DNA of 35,973 bases from a virus (Duplodnaviria; Caudoviricetes), in the IMG/VR virus record IMGVR_UViG_3300037419_000651, positions 1-35,973 of that record. The stretch is one strand, 5' to 3'. Under the pieces are notes generated by a model. That model saw only the letters and a list, made by a program, of their open reading frames with translations. It was not told the origin of the DNA and searched no databases. Shown here in pieces: positions 19,086-27,078 of the stretch (its first letter is position 1; each line of letters starts with the position of its first letter). The translations under genes were made by a program, and so were the position numbers.

Positions 19086-19543
19086 TCGCTATCCTCTTTG
19101 TCGGTTTCAGCATCAATCGTGACCTTTGGAGTTTCATCAGAACCAAGAGAAATGTTCACCACAGGCTGAACATTGGTCTGGCCAAATTCGGCATCCTGAT
19201 AAAGTCCCATAATTCTAATCAATTTGTCCAAGGCGGCTACCTTGTCAGATGATTTCAGCTTCTTTCCATCGGCCTTGGTATAGGCAAGCTTGTTCAGTTC
19301 GACCAAGATCGGAACCTTGGCCTTGGAAAGCTTGTCATAGACATATTCCTGAACATCAGGGTCGTTCTTTAGCCGAGTGGCCATGGCCGACATAGAACCC
19401 TTTGTGGAACCCTTGTAGCCCGCTCTTTCGGCGGCAGCAGTGCCGTCAAAGTCCAATAGATATTCCTGTGCGAATCTAAGCTTCTTTCCGCCCAAACGCA
19501 TTTCAAGAGGGCGGGTTGACTTCTTATCAATGTCTTTGGCCAT
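19082..19543 (-). CDS. terS: Terminase small subunit
   Basis: FAQEYLLDFDGTAAAERAGY motif and DKVAALDKL. Confidence 0.9.
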   Translation of the reverse strand: MAKDIDKKSTRPLEMRLGGKKLRFAQEYLLDFDGTAAAERAGYKGSTKGSMSAMATRLKNDPDVQEYVYDKLSKAKVPILVELNKLAYTKADGKKLKSSDKVAALDKLIRIMGLYQDAEFGQTNVQPVVNISLGSDETPKVTIDAETDKEDSE

Positions 19544-19697
19544 TGTTTCCCTCTTTTGCCTTTACCCGTTGCCAAAACGCAATCATGGCATCAGACATGG
19601 CTTTGCGATGTTCAGGGGTTCTAACTTTTCCCCTTTGTGATTGCCGGATTTTTTCCAATCCTTCCGGTGTGTGCTTTCTCTTTTTTTCTGAATCCAT
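19527..19697 (-). CDS. 56-aa NUMOD3-like DNA-binding mini-protein
   Basis: MDSEKKRKHTPEGLEKIRQSQRGKVRTPEHRKAMS...: two NUMOD3-like repeats; directly after a late promoter motif. Confidence 0.6.
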   Translation of the reverse strand: MDSEKKRKHTPEGLEKIRQSQRGKVRTPEHRKAMSDAMIAFWQRVKAKEGNNGQRH

Positions 19698-19725
19698 ATG
19701 TGCATCTTATCGTTGAACCTATATG

Positions 19726-19732
19726 TATTTAG
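19726..19732 (-). promoter_or_regulatory. T4-type late promoter motif CTAAATA
   Basis: Heads the packaging operon. Confidence 0.7.
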
Positions 19733-19767
19733 CAAATAGGGTTCTTTAATATGCGGGTATATAGACG

Positions 19768-19790
19768 TTCTACATTATTTTTATGTAGAA
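19768..19790. promoter_or_regulatory. Operator-like palindrome TTCTACA-N9-TGTAGAA (copy 2)
   Basis: Extends to CGTTCTACAT/ATGTAGAACG; between the divergent packaging and replication operons. Confidence 0.8.
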
Positions 19791-19801
19791 CGCATTTTTC
19801 C

Positions 19802-19840
19802 TTGTTTTAGTTGGTCGTTAAGATTATCTTTTGATAAATA
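19802..19840 (+). promoter_or_regulatory. Sigma70-like promoter TTGTTT-N17-TATCTT followed by late motif ATAAATA (19834..19840)
   Basis: Upstream of the replication gene; same layout relative to the palindrome as at 1626. Confidence 0.55.
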
Positions 19841-19904
19841 TTGATAGAGAGAAAACATACTAATCGAGACTGCATTAAGACAGTCCGAGAAAAAAAGAAT
19901 TTAA

Positions 19905-21587
19905 TTGAATATCGATTTTATCAACGGATTAGCCGGTTCCGGCAAAACCCATCAGGCAATCATCACTGGCGCTTGGTCTTGGGTACAGCGTGGCGAAAGG
20001 TACATTGTAGCTGTTCCCACCATCGGCCTGATCAAGCAGATGATGGCTGATCTTCCCCACGATCCCAGAATTTCAATGATCGTCTCTGATGACGAACTTG
20101 GAATGGATGGCAGGCGGCTATCCGTTGGCCAGAAGATCAAGAAGGTGATGGAGACACCAGCGACACAGGGTCAATTGGTGTTCGTCACTCACGCTGGCCT
20201 GAAACTAATCCCATACATCGGCAAGACCGATTGGAACCTAATCGTTGATGAAGCGCTGCCGATTACGGATTTATACGAAATCCCGTCATCCGATGAACAG
20301 CTAATCAAGCTGGTGAAGGAATGCAGGATAATAGCTGAACACGATGGTTTCAGGACGCTAAGGACGACAAAGCGGCCACCTGACATCTTTGGTAATGAAT
20401 ATCCGGCTGATCCTGCCAAGCAGACAGACGTTCATAAGCTGGCATGGCGATTGTACGATAAAAATTCGTTCGTCTATGTCACTGATGATTTCAGCACCAA
20501 TGAAGACGGTTCCATCAATGAAAATAGTCATTTTTTCTGCCTGACCACCGAGAAGATTCTAGCGCCATTCAAAGACATTATGATGATGGCCGCTAATTTC
20601 ACGGATTCATTGGTCTACAAGCTTTGGAAGGCTAAGTTTCGTGCTGATAAGGCAATTACCAAGAAACTTAAGTTTCAGGAACATGATGGCAGAAATGCCA
20701 AAATCAATTATCTGTTCGATAATGGCTGGTCCAAGACATTTTACGAAAAAGAATATAATGGAAAGACGGTAATGGATGCCGTTCTAGATAAAATCAATCT
20801 TGTATATCAGGACAGGGCCTATCTTTGGGTAGGAAATAGGGGAATTGGCGATGATGCCTTATCGGGCACCAGATTGCCGAATATCTCGCATGGGCTGAAT
20901 TGCTATCAGGACCACGATTCCATTGTTTTCCTATCAGCATTGAATCCATCGAACATGGAAATCAAGTTTTTCAAGTTTTTGGGAATTTCCAGAGACGATA
21001 TCATGATAGCCAGATATTTTGAGGCAATCTATCAGGCTGTAATGAGAACTGGTCTTAGAAGGAATGATGGAACACCAGTCAGAATCATTGTTCCTGATAA
21101 AGATGCGGCTGAATATCTGCAAACCAAGCTAATTGGGTCTTCAATTGAGAAATTGGATTGGTTCAATATCGAACATAGGGCGGTTGGTCGTCCTGCTACT
21201 GGAAAAGCAATGACTCCAGCCGAGAAACAAAAGGCATATCGAGAAAGGAAGAAGGCTGAAAAAGCCGGTCCCCCGGCCAATACAGAGCGTTACCAAAATA
21301 CCTTAAGAGATACTATAGATATTATAGTAACGGATTCAAACATCGTTCGAGGTTTCAATTCTATGTTGGCCGAAAATGCAATCACATATTACAGGCAGCA
21401 TTGCATGGAAAAGGGCAACAGACTTGGAAACAGATTGATATTCACACTGGCCCTGAATCTACAGAAATCCAATATGGAGCCATCCGATATCAAATCGACG
21501 CTGGAATCCGAAGCCAGCATGTCAGCCCTAAAAAAAGAAGACTGGAAAAAGAATATAAAAACGACTTTGAGGAAACTTAAGATATGA
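19905..21587 (+). CDS. Helicase-like replication/origin-binding protein with PriCT-like C-terminus
   Basis: Walker A GLAGSGKT, Walker B LIVDE, QAVMRTGLR motif VI; C-terminal GNRLIFTLALNL. Confidence 0.7.
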   Translation: MNIDFINGLAGSGKTHQAIITGAWSWVQRGERYIVAVPTIGLIKQMMADLPHDPRISMIVSDDELGMDGRRLSVGQKIKKVMETPATQGQLVFVTHAGLKLIPYIGKTDWNLIVDEALPITDLYEIPSSDEQLIKLVKECRIIAEHDGFRTLRTTKRPPDIFGNEYPADPAKQTDVHKLAWRLYDKNSFVYVTDDFSTNEDGSINENSHFFCLTTEKILAPFKDIMMMAANFTDSLVYKLWKAKFRADKAITKKLKFQEHDGRNAKINYLFDNGWSKTFYEKEYNGKTVMDAVLDKINLVYQDRAYLWVGNRGIGDDALSGTRLPNISHGLNCYQDHDSIVFLSALNPSNMEIKFFKFLGISRDDIMIARYFEAIYQAVMRTGLRRNDGTPVRIIVPDKDAAEYLQTKLIGSSIEKLDWFNIEHRAVGRPATGKAMTPAEKQKAYRERKKAEKAGPPANTERYQNTLRDTIDIIVTDSNIVRGFNSMLAENAITYYRQHCMEKGNRLGNRLIFTLALNLQKSNMEPSDIKSTLESEASMSALKKEDWKKNIKTTLRKLKI

Positions 21588-21593
21588 AGAATG

Positions 21594-21600
21594 CTAAATA
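21594..21600 (+). promoter_or_regulatory. T4-type late promoter motif CTAAATA
   Basis: About 20 nt upstream of the ATG at 21620, heading the small-gene cluster. Confidence 0.6.
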
Positions 21601-21619
21601 TATACAGAAAGGAACAGAA

Positions 21620-21802
21620 ATGAAAAATGTTGATAGAAAAGGACAAAAGAACAATCTGGCTAAATTGACCACTGCACAGGTACTGGAAATCAGAGAATTA
21701 TATAAACAGGGTGCAAAGCAGGTTGATTTAGCAAGGGATTATGGAGTTATCCAAGGCCATATTTCACTAATCGTCAATAGAAAAACTTGGAAGCACATTT
21801 AA
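21620..21802 (+). CDS. Small HTH DNA-binding protein (homing-endonuclease tail type)
   Basis: AKLTTAQVLEIR...LARDYGV...ISLIVNRKTWKHI; similar to the C-terminus of 1869..2312; AAAGGA RBS before ATG 21620. Confidence 0.75.
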   Translation: MKNVDRKGQKNNLAKLTTAQVLEIRELYKQGAKQVDLARDYGVIQGHISLIVNRKTWKHI

Positions 21803-21816
21803 AGAAAGGAAAAAAT

Positions 21817-22092
21817 ATGGAACAAAAAACACATACATTAGAAAATAAACATCCAAATTTTAAATTGATAGATACAAGCAATAATGGTCCATCAACGCCA
21901 TTGGATTGTTTGCGGCTGATCGTTGAACTAAAGCAGATTAAGAAAAAAATTGTAGAAGATGCTTGGGATAATCCCAAACAAATGAACAGCGTCTTTCTCA
22001 TTGATATACGTAATGAAATTACAAATCTGGAACAATTATATTGTCTGTACAGGGAAATAAGAGAGAAAAGACAGGAAAAGGAAAATAAATGA
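21817..22092 (+). CDS. Hypothetical protein
   Basis: ORF with AAAGGA RBS, coupled to the next gene. Confidence 0.6.
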   Translation: MEQKTHTLENKHPNFKLIDTSNNGPSTPLDCLRLIVELKQIKKKIVEDAWDNPKQMNSVFLIDIRNEITNLEQLYCLYREIREKRQEKENK

Positions 22093-22328
22093 ATAAAACA
22101 GAAATCCACCCGGCACCAACCGAATTCACAGAGGAAGAAATCAAGGCTGATCAAATCTTGCAATTCTTCCACTATTCGCATTTGCCGGAAAAGCTTCAAT
22201 CGAGAAGCAAGCCATTCTGTGAAATGGCCAGAAACATCATCGATACCACACCACGCAATGCAGAGCGTTCAACAGCCCTTAGAAAGCTGTTGGAAGCCAA
22301 AGACTGTGCGATACGGGCAGGGTTATAA
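22089..22328 (+). CDS. Conserved phage helical-hairpin protein (possibly Acb2/Tad1-hairpin-like)
   Basis: FFHYSHLPEKLQSRSKPF...PRNAERSTALRKLLEAKDCAIRA; family assignment is tentative. Confidence 0.55.
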   Translation: MNKTEIHPAPTEFTEEEIKADQILQFFHYSHLPEKLQSRSKPFCEMARNIIDTTPRNAERSTALRKLLEAKDCAIRAGL

Positions 22329-22348
22329 CAACAAAAGGAAATAAACAT

Positions 22349-22693
22349 ATGGAACACAAGACACTCACAAATCACGAATATTACAATATTAAAAAGAACC
22401 CAAAGATGGCATTGCATCCAACAATTGCAGCCTATCTTGAACAAAAGATCAGTGACCTAAAATCACAGGGTTATGATTGCAGACTGTCAATTGACATTCT
22501 TGGTGAAAGACATGGGGAGAATATTTTATATATTAGGCCAACCAATGAACAAGGAATTGGTAATGAAATTATCTTCCTGAACACTGACCCGGATAACTTT
22601 GCATCATTCATGGACGAACGAATTGCCGATTATAAAAAAACACTTAATAGCTTTCTGAAAGTCAAGGATTGGGTCATCAGGGCAGGACTATAA
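22349..22693 (+). CDS. Hypothetical protein
   Basis: ORF with RBS in a tight operon. Confidence 0.65.
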   Translation: MEHKTLTNHEYYNIKKNPKMALHPTIAAYLEQKISDLKSQGYDCRLSIDILGERHGENILYIRPTNEQGIGNEIIFLNTDPDNFASFMDERIADYKKTLNSFLKVKDWVIRAGL

Positions 22694-22696
22694 GAA

Positions 22697-22981
22697 ATGA
22701 CAGAGATTACATTTGAACTGGTCAGGGATGTTCTTGATCAAACCATGAAAGGTTACATCAAAGATAAAGAATATGAAGTGGTCAAACAGACTGATGGTGT
22801 TTTGGCCAGTGGCGGCAAGGTCCACGTAATCACTCTTGCTGATGTGAATACCGGCAATCGCTACTGGATTCAAGTCAGTGAACAGCAAGCGAAATCCTGT
22901 AAAGATATGAATGCAGTTGACGAACTTATCAAACGTAAAATTGAGTGCTTTGAAACGATACTAGAGAAGGAAAGCAAATGA
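22697..22981 (+). CDS. Hypothetical protein
   Basis: ORF in a tight operon. Confidence 0.65.
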   Translation: MTEITFELVRDVLDQTMKGYIKDKEYEVVKQTDGVLASGGKVHVITLADVNTGNRYWIQVSEQQAKSCKDMNAVDELIKRKIECFETILEKESK

Positions 22982-23365
22982 ATGGCTACAACCTATGAAG
23001 AACTAAAAGACATTTTGGATGAATTGTTAGACACATGGATGAAAGAAAATGATTTTCGAATTTATCAATCCGCTGAACTGGATGGCGAATATATTATCAC
23101 CGTTTGGAATGGTGAAGCCTGTGCATGGATAAGGGTACATAGGAAAGATGTTGGAACCCATTCTGAAAATCCAAGAGAGTTTATCAGAATGAAAATTCAT
23201 AATCTAGATGTTTCCTTAGCCCATCTATACAATACACGTGAGGCGGAAAGAATGATAGATGCTGGTCGAGAAGAAAAAGAAGACGAAAACAAGTGGATAG
23301 TGCGACACGAAACATTACTAGAAAGGAAAACGAATGAATTTATTGAAAATACTGAAACTATGTGA
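22982..23365 (+). CDS. Hypothetical acidic protein
   Basis: ORF in a tight operon with RBS. Confidence 0.65.
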   Translation: MATTYEELKDILDELLDTWMKENDFRIYQSAELDGEYIITVWNGEACAWIRVHRKDVGTHSENPREFIRMKIHNLDVSLAHLYNTREAERMIDAGREEKEDENKWIVRHETLLERKTNEFIENTETM

Positions 23366-23822
23366 AAATGTTTTAAGGCGATTTGTACCCGAATTGAATT
23401 GCAGCGTTGTATCTACTGAAAATGATGCTGATGAATTCAGGTTTGTTGTGAAAGATAATGTTACAGGGTTTGTAGCTAACGGCAGAATTCCATTATCGAT
23501 TGAAAAAGCTGGTAAAAAGATATCTTTAGTCGATTGTTCACAGGAAGAAATTCTCGCTGTGATTCATGAAGGAATTATTCGTGTTATGAACTGGTCCGGT
23601 TTGGACTATGTTAGGGAGTCTAAGGAGTTTCAAGAGAGTGTTGCCGCTGGTTATCGCTACATCATTGGCGAGGGTGAAGAATGGAATGGAATTTATACAC
23701 CCAAAATTCATAAGGATAATGTGAAGGATGGCGATAACGATATTACCGATGAATTGATGATAATTTATGGTTCAAATGGATCAGTCTATGAAAATGCAAA
23801 ATGGAGAAAGGAAAACGAATGA
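23334..23822 (+). CDS. Hypothetical protein
   Basis: ORF with AAAGGA RBS. Confidence 0.65.
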   Translation: MNLLKILKLCENVLRRFVPELNCSVVSTENDADEFRFVVKDNVTGFVANGRIPLSIEKAGKKISLVDCSQEEILAVIHEGIIRVMNWSGLDYVRESKEFQESVAAGYRYIIGEGEEWNGIYTPKIHKDNVKDGDNDITDELMIIYGSNGSVYENAKWRKENE

Positions 23823-24076
23823 CATACACTATCTTTCATCCAGAACATATGTCCATCTTGAAGAAGAAAATTGAGAAGATAGAGGAAAAGGGATTCAAGG
23901 TATCAGTTTCCGAACATGTCAATTTGGATGCAGCCATAATCACCATTTGGAAGGATGATGAGTCCGCAACTGTGATGATATCAGGGCTAGATATTATGCG
24001 GGCAGGAAATGAATTTGGGTCATTGGTTGATAAAAAGCTAGGAACAGCAATCAAGCAATGGGCTGCATCTATATAG
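23819..24076 (+). CDS. Hypothetical protein
   Basis: ATGA overlap at 23819 with AAAGGA RBS. Confidence 0.65.
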   Translation: MTYTIFHPEHMSILKKKIEKIEEKGFKVSVSEHVNLDAAIITIWKDDESATVMISGLDIMRAGNEFGSLVDKKLGTAIKQWAASI

Positions 24077-24173
24077 AAAAGGCAGTTTTCATATTTTTAT
24101 AAATTTGCGCAAGCCTGCATGACTTTTCTTTTCTCTTTCATTTCCGATTCGATGGTCAATCCCAATAGCCCTG

Positions 24174-24803
24174 TCAGTCCCTTGCCAATATCCGGCTGAC
24201 TGTCTTCATATCCATGCCGATTGCCTTGCCGATCTTGGCATAGCTAAGACCATCAGCCCGCATTGCCTTCATCTGCCCAAGGATGGCTTGCTGTTCAGGG
24301 TTAGCCACCAACTGGCCATCACTGACTTGATAGCCAAAGGGCACACGGCCACCAAGATACCGGCCATTGCTGGCCTGATACCGCTTAGTCTCCCTAATCC
24401 TCTCCCTGATCCTGTCACGCTCTTGCTCGGCTACAGCCGATAGAATGGTGAACACCAGCTTGGATATCCCATTGCCGCATACATCGCCGCCAAGGTCTAT
24501 CATGTGCAGTTCAACGCCAATGGCTTTCAATTCCTCTAGGGTAACGAGTGCATCAGCAGCCGAACGAAACATGCGGTCCAGCTTGGCAGTGATGACGATA
24601 TCACCAGCTTTCAGCACGGATATCAGCTTATTGCCTTCTGGCCTGTCAGACAGGGGAATAGAGCCGCTTACAGCCGTTTCCAGATAGGTGTGGGTAATGT
24701 CCCAACCCTTCATCATGGAATAGCCTGTGATGGCTCTGCCTTGGGTTTCTAGGCCATTGTCTTGCTGATTGGTGGAAACCCGACAATACGCATAAACGGC
24801 CAT
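24174..24803 (-). CDS. Small serine recombinase (resolvase/invertase family)
   Basis: YCRVST catalytic motif, KLDRMFRS, C-terminal HTH. Confidence 0.92.
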   Translation of the reverse strand: MAVYAYCRVSTNQQDNGLETQGRAITGYSMMKGWDITHTYLETAVSGSIPLSDRPEGNKLISVLKAGDIVITAKLDRMFRSAADALVTLEELKAIGVELHMIDLGGDVCGNGISKLVFTILSAVAEQERDRIRERIRETKRYQASNGRYLGGRVPFGYQVSDGQLVANPEQQAILGQMKAMRADGLSYAKIGKAIGMDMKTVSRILARD

Positions 24804-24818
24804 TGATTCAGTCCTAGG

Positions 24819-24863
24819 TTATGGCTGTGTATCTACAAGGCCATAAACTAACCAATGCCATAA
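24819..24863. promoter_or_regulatory. Candidate res / autoregulatory site
   Basis: TTATGGC-N14-GCCATAA (28 bp) plus a third GCCATAA, directly upstream of the resolvase. Confidence 0.5.
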
Positions 24864-24875
24864 GGATTTACAAGG

Positions 24876-24915
24876 AAAAAGGCAGCTACCAGAAAGGATT
24901 CAAAGGGTAGCTGCC
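24876..24915 (-). terminator. Rho-independent terminator
   Basis: GGCAGCTACC/GGTAGCTGCC 10-bp stem followed by T5 on the minus strand. Confidence 0.8.
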
Positions 24916-24997
24916 AGCGGATTGCAGTCGCAATCGGCACCCTGATTATAAGAAGGAGAAAACATGTAGGGCTAGAACTTAGCCCCATCAGGGTATG
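24876..24997 (-). ncRNA. Candidate late-promoter-driven small RNA (about 120 nt)
   Basis: Bounded by TATAAATA and a terminator; nested stems; single-stranded CAUGUUUUCUCCUUCUUAU. Confidence 0.55.
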
Positions 24998-25001
24998 CAT
25001 C

Positions 25002-25009
25002 TATTTATA
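25002..25009 (-). promoter_or_regulatory. T4-type late promoter TATAAATA
   Basis: Exact consensus, intergenic. Confidence 0.65.
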
Positions 25010-25237
25010 CATTTGTCACTGTTATCTGACATTTGTTAAAGAAAAGATATGTTTAGACATAGAAATAGGTCAGCATTACTGACCTATCTGATTGATAACA
25101 TTAGCTTGGGCTGAAAAAAGGGGTAGTTTTGGGGAAAGAGACAGGCGGGGGCAGAGTCGCCTGCCTTTACACTGAATTGAACCGAATGGTGAACGATAGC
25201 CAAAGACTGTTCACGATGAATGAACAATAGATATTGC

Positions 25238-26965
25238 TCATCCAGCCTGTTTGGAGATTGTAACAATCTCTCTCATATCCTGATTGTTGCCCATGTTTAT
25301 GACCTTGAATGCCTTCGTTGGGTCATTGCTGATCGGGAAGAACACTCGTGTTGCCCCGCCTCTAAACCTGACTGTTATCCTCGTATCAATGCCATCCTTA
25401 TCGATGCCATCCTTGTAGACATTGGCCATGCGAATATCGCCTGCCTTCTCTAGCCTGCTTTGAATGGTGCCCTGTACCCGGACCAATCTGATTTCTTCAA
25501 TGATGCTCCTGATATGTTCAGCAGCCTTTGCCCTAAGCCCATACAGTTCCTGTTCAGATACATCATCTGGAAATTTGAATATCTTTTTATCATTCATTCC
25601 AGCAATACGATGATCTTCCTGAACTGATAGGCGTTCATCATTCAGCAGCTTTATCCGTTCATCCAGTTCATTGATTGCCTTCTGATAGCCATTCAATTTC
25701 TCACTGACCATATCAATGGCGAAATCATTATGTTCGAACAGTGTCAGCAATCTATTGGCCTTCTGCTGGATATCAGCCTTCTCTCCCTCTAGCCGGTCAA
25801 TCTTTGTAGTCAGTTCAGATAGCTTTGAATTGGTTCCACCATTGATGACTGACTCTAGGTCAATCTCATTCACAAAAGAAAGCATGGCTTGTTCAAAGCG
25901 ATTGTATGACCATTGTCGGCTATCACAGGAACCATTCTTGATCCCATTGCAATAGATATGGCCACGGCCCTTGTTCGTCCACATTGGGCCACCGCAACAA
26001 TCACACTTGATTAATCCGGCAAAGATATTCGTTAATTTGCTTCCCTTCCTACCTTTGCCTACAGACCTTCTCCGTTTGATTGCTGACAAATGTGCATAAA
26101 ACATTTCTTCTGAAATGATGGCTGGATAATATCCCTTGATTGGTTCACCAACTGGCATTCTTTCTGATGCATTGTTCAAACGCTTCTTTGGCTGATATTC
26201 TCCAATCAGGGTTCTTTGTGTCATCTGCAATTGCAGATTGTTATATTTCCATTCCTTTGTTCCATTTAAAGTTGGAATCTTTTCCTGATTGAATGTCTTG
26301 GCAATTTTATAAAGGCCATATCCATCAGCAGACATTTGGAACATGCGGCGAATGATGGCTGCTTTCTTTTCATCGACTATGAAAGATTTCCTATCCTTGG
26401 ATAGTGACAGCCAGCTTGGGCATGTTCCAGTCAGTTTGATTCCATCATCGATTGCTTTCTTTCTTTTGCCTTCCCAATTGGCTTTACCCCGCTGTCTCTT
26501 TTTTTCTGATTCCTCATGGGCCATAGACATTTTGATGATGGAACCAAACAGTGTCATCATGTCCATCTGACCAGTGCGATATTCGATACCGTCTTGAAGG
26601 GTAACGACGATAATTCCTTTATTGACGATGGAAAGGAATGTGTTCGCCGCCACTGCGGGTTGTTGCCTCGATAGACGGTCATGGGCCTCTACCAGCAGAT
26701 ACGAGCCGGGTTTGATATCCCCATTGTCGATTGCCTGAATGAATGTTCCGAGTGCCGAACCATCAGACAGGTTCTTGCCTGTATAGGCTGACTTGCCTTC
26801 ATCCCGCATGGTTTCGACCAGTTCCAAGCCGTGTTCGGCTGCATATCGTTCAGCAGCTTCCATCTGGCGACGGTTGGAATCACCATCGGATTGAATGGCT
26901 GATGACCAGCGAATGTACGAATAGGCCAGCGGCTTGGGGGTAGGGGATTTTGATAATGAAAACAC
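25238..26965 (-). CDS. Large serine recombinase (integrase)
   Basis: YIRWSS catalytic motif, DRLSR, recombinase domain YYPAII, zinc ribbon CDCCGG...C...C, coiled coil. Confidence 0.93.
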   Translation of the reverse strand: MFSLSKSPTPKPLAYSYIRWSSAIQSDGDSNRRQMEAAERYAAEHGLELVETMRDEGKSAYTGKNLSDGSALGTFIQAIDNGDIKPGSYLLVEAHDRLSRQQPAVAANTFLSIVNKGIIVVTLQDGIEYRTGQMDMMTLFGSIIKMSMAHEESEKKRQRGKANWEGKRKKAIDDGIKLTGTCPSWLSLSKDRKSFIVDEKKAAIIRRMFQMSADGYGLYKIAKTFNQEKIPTLNGTKEWKYNNLQLQMTQRTLIGEYQPKKRLNNASERMPVGEPIKGYYPAIISEEMFYAHLSAIKRRRSVGKGRKGSKLTNIFAGLIKCDCCGGPMWTNKGRGHIYCNGIKNGSCDSRQWSYNRFEQAMLSFVNEIDLESVINGGTNSKLSELTTKIDRLEGEKADIQQKANRLLTLFEHNDFAIDMVSEKLNGYQKAINELDERIKLLNDERLSVQEDHRIAGMNDKKIFKFPDDVSEQELYGLRAKAAEHIRSIIEEIRLVRVQGTIQSRLEKAGDIRMANVYKDGIDKDGIDTRITVRFRGGATRVFFPISNDPTKAFKVINMGNNQDMREIVTISKQAG

Positions 26966-27078
26966 GGCTTTAAATTCCTTCCAATATCCCTGTCAGATTG
27001 GTGCGCTTGGCTGAATGCGCAAGCCCTTGGGTATTGTCAGAATTGTCTACCCTATCCTAATCGGGCTGACAATATTTT

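Noticed and set aside
19741-19795. Palindrome as an alphaproteobacterial LexA box
   Set aside because: That box is a GTTC-N7-GTTC direct repeat; this is an inverted repeat with different arms
24848-25000. 50-aa hydrophobic leaderless ORF on the minus strand (MHTLMGLSSSPTCFLLL...)
   Set aside because: Its ATG lies 1 nt after the promoter motif, probably upstream of the transcription start, and it runs through the terminator; an RNA function is more parsimonious, though not excluded
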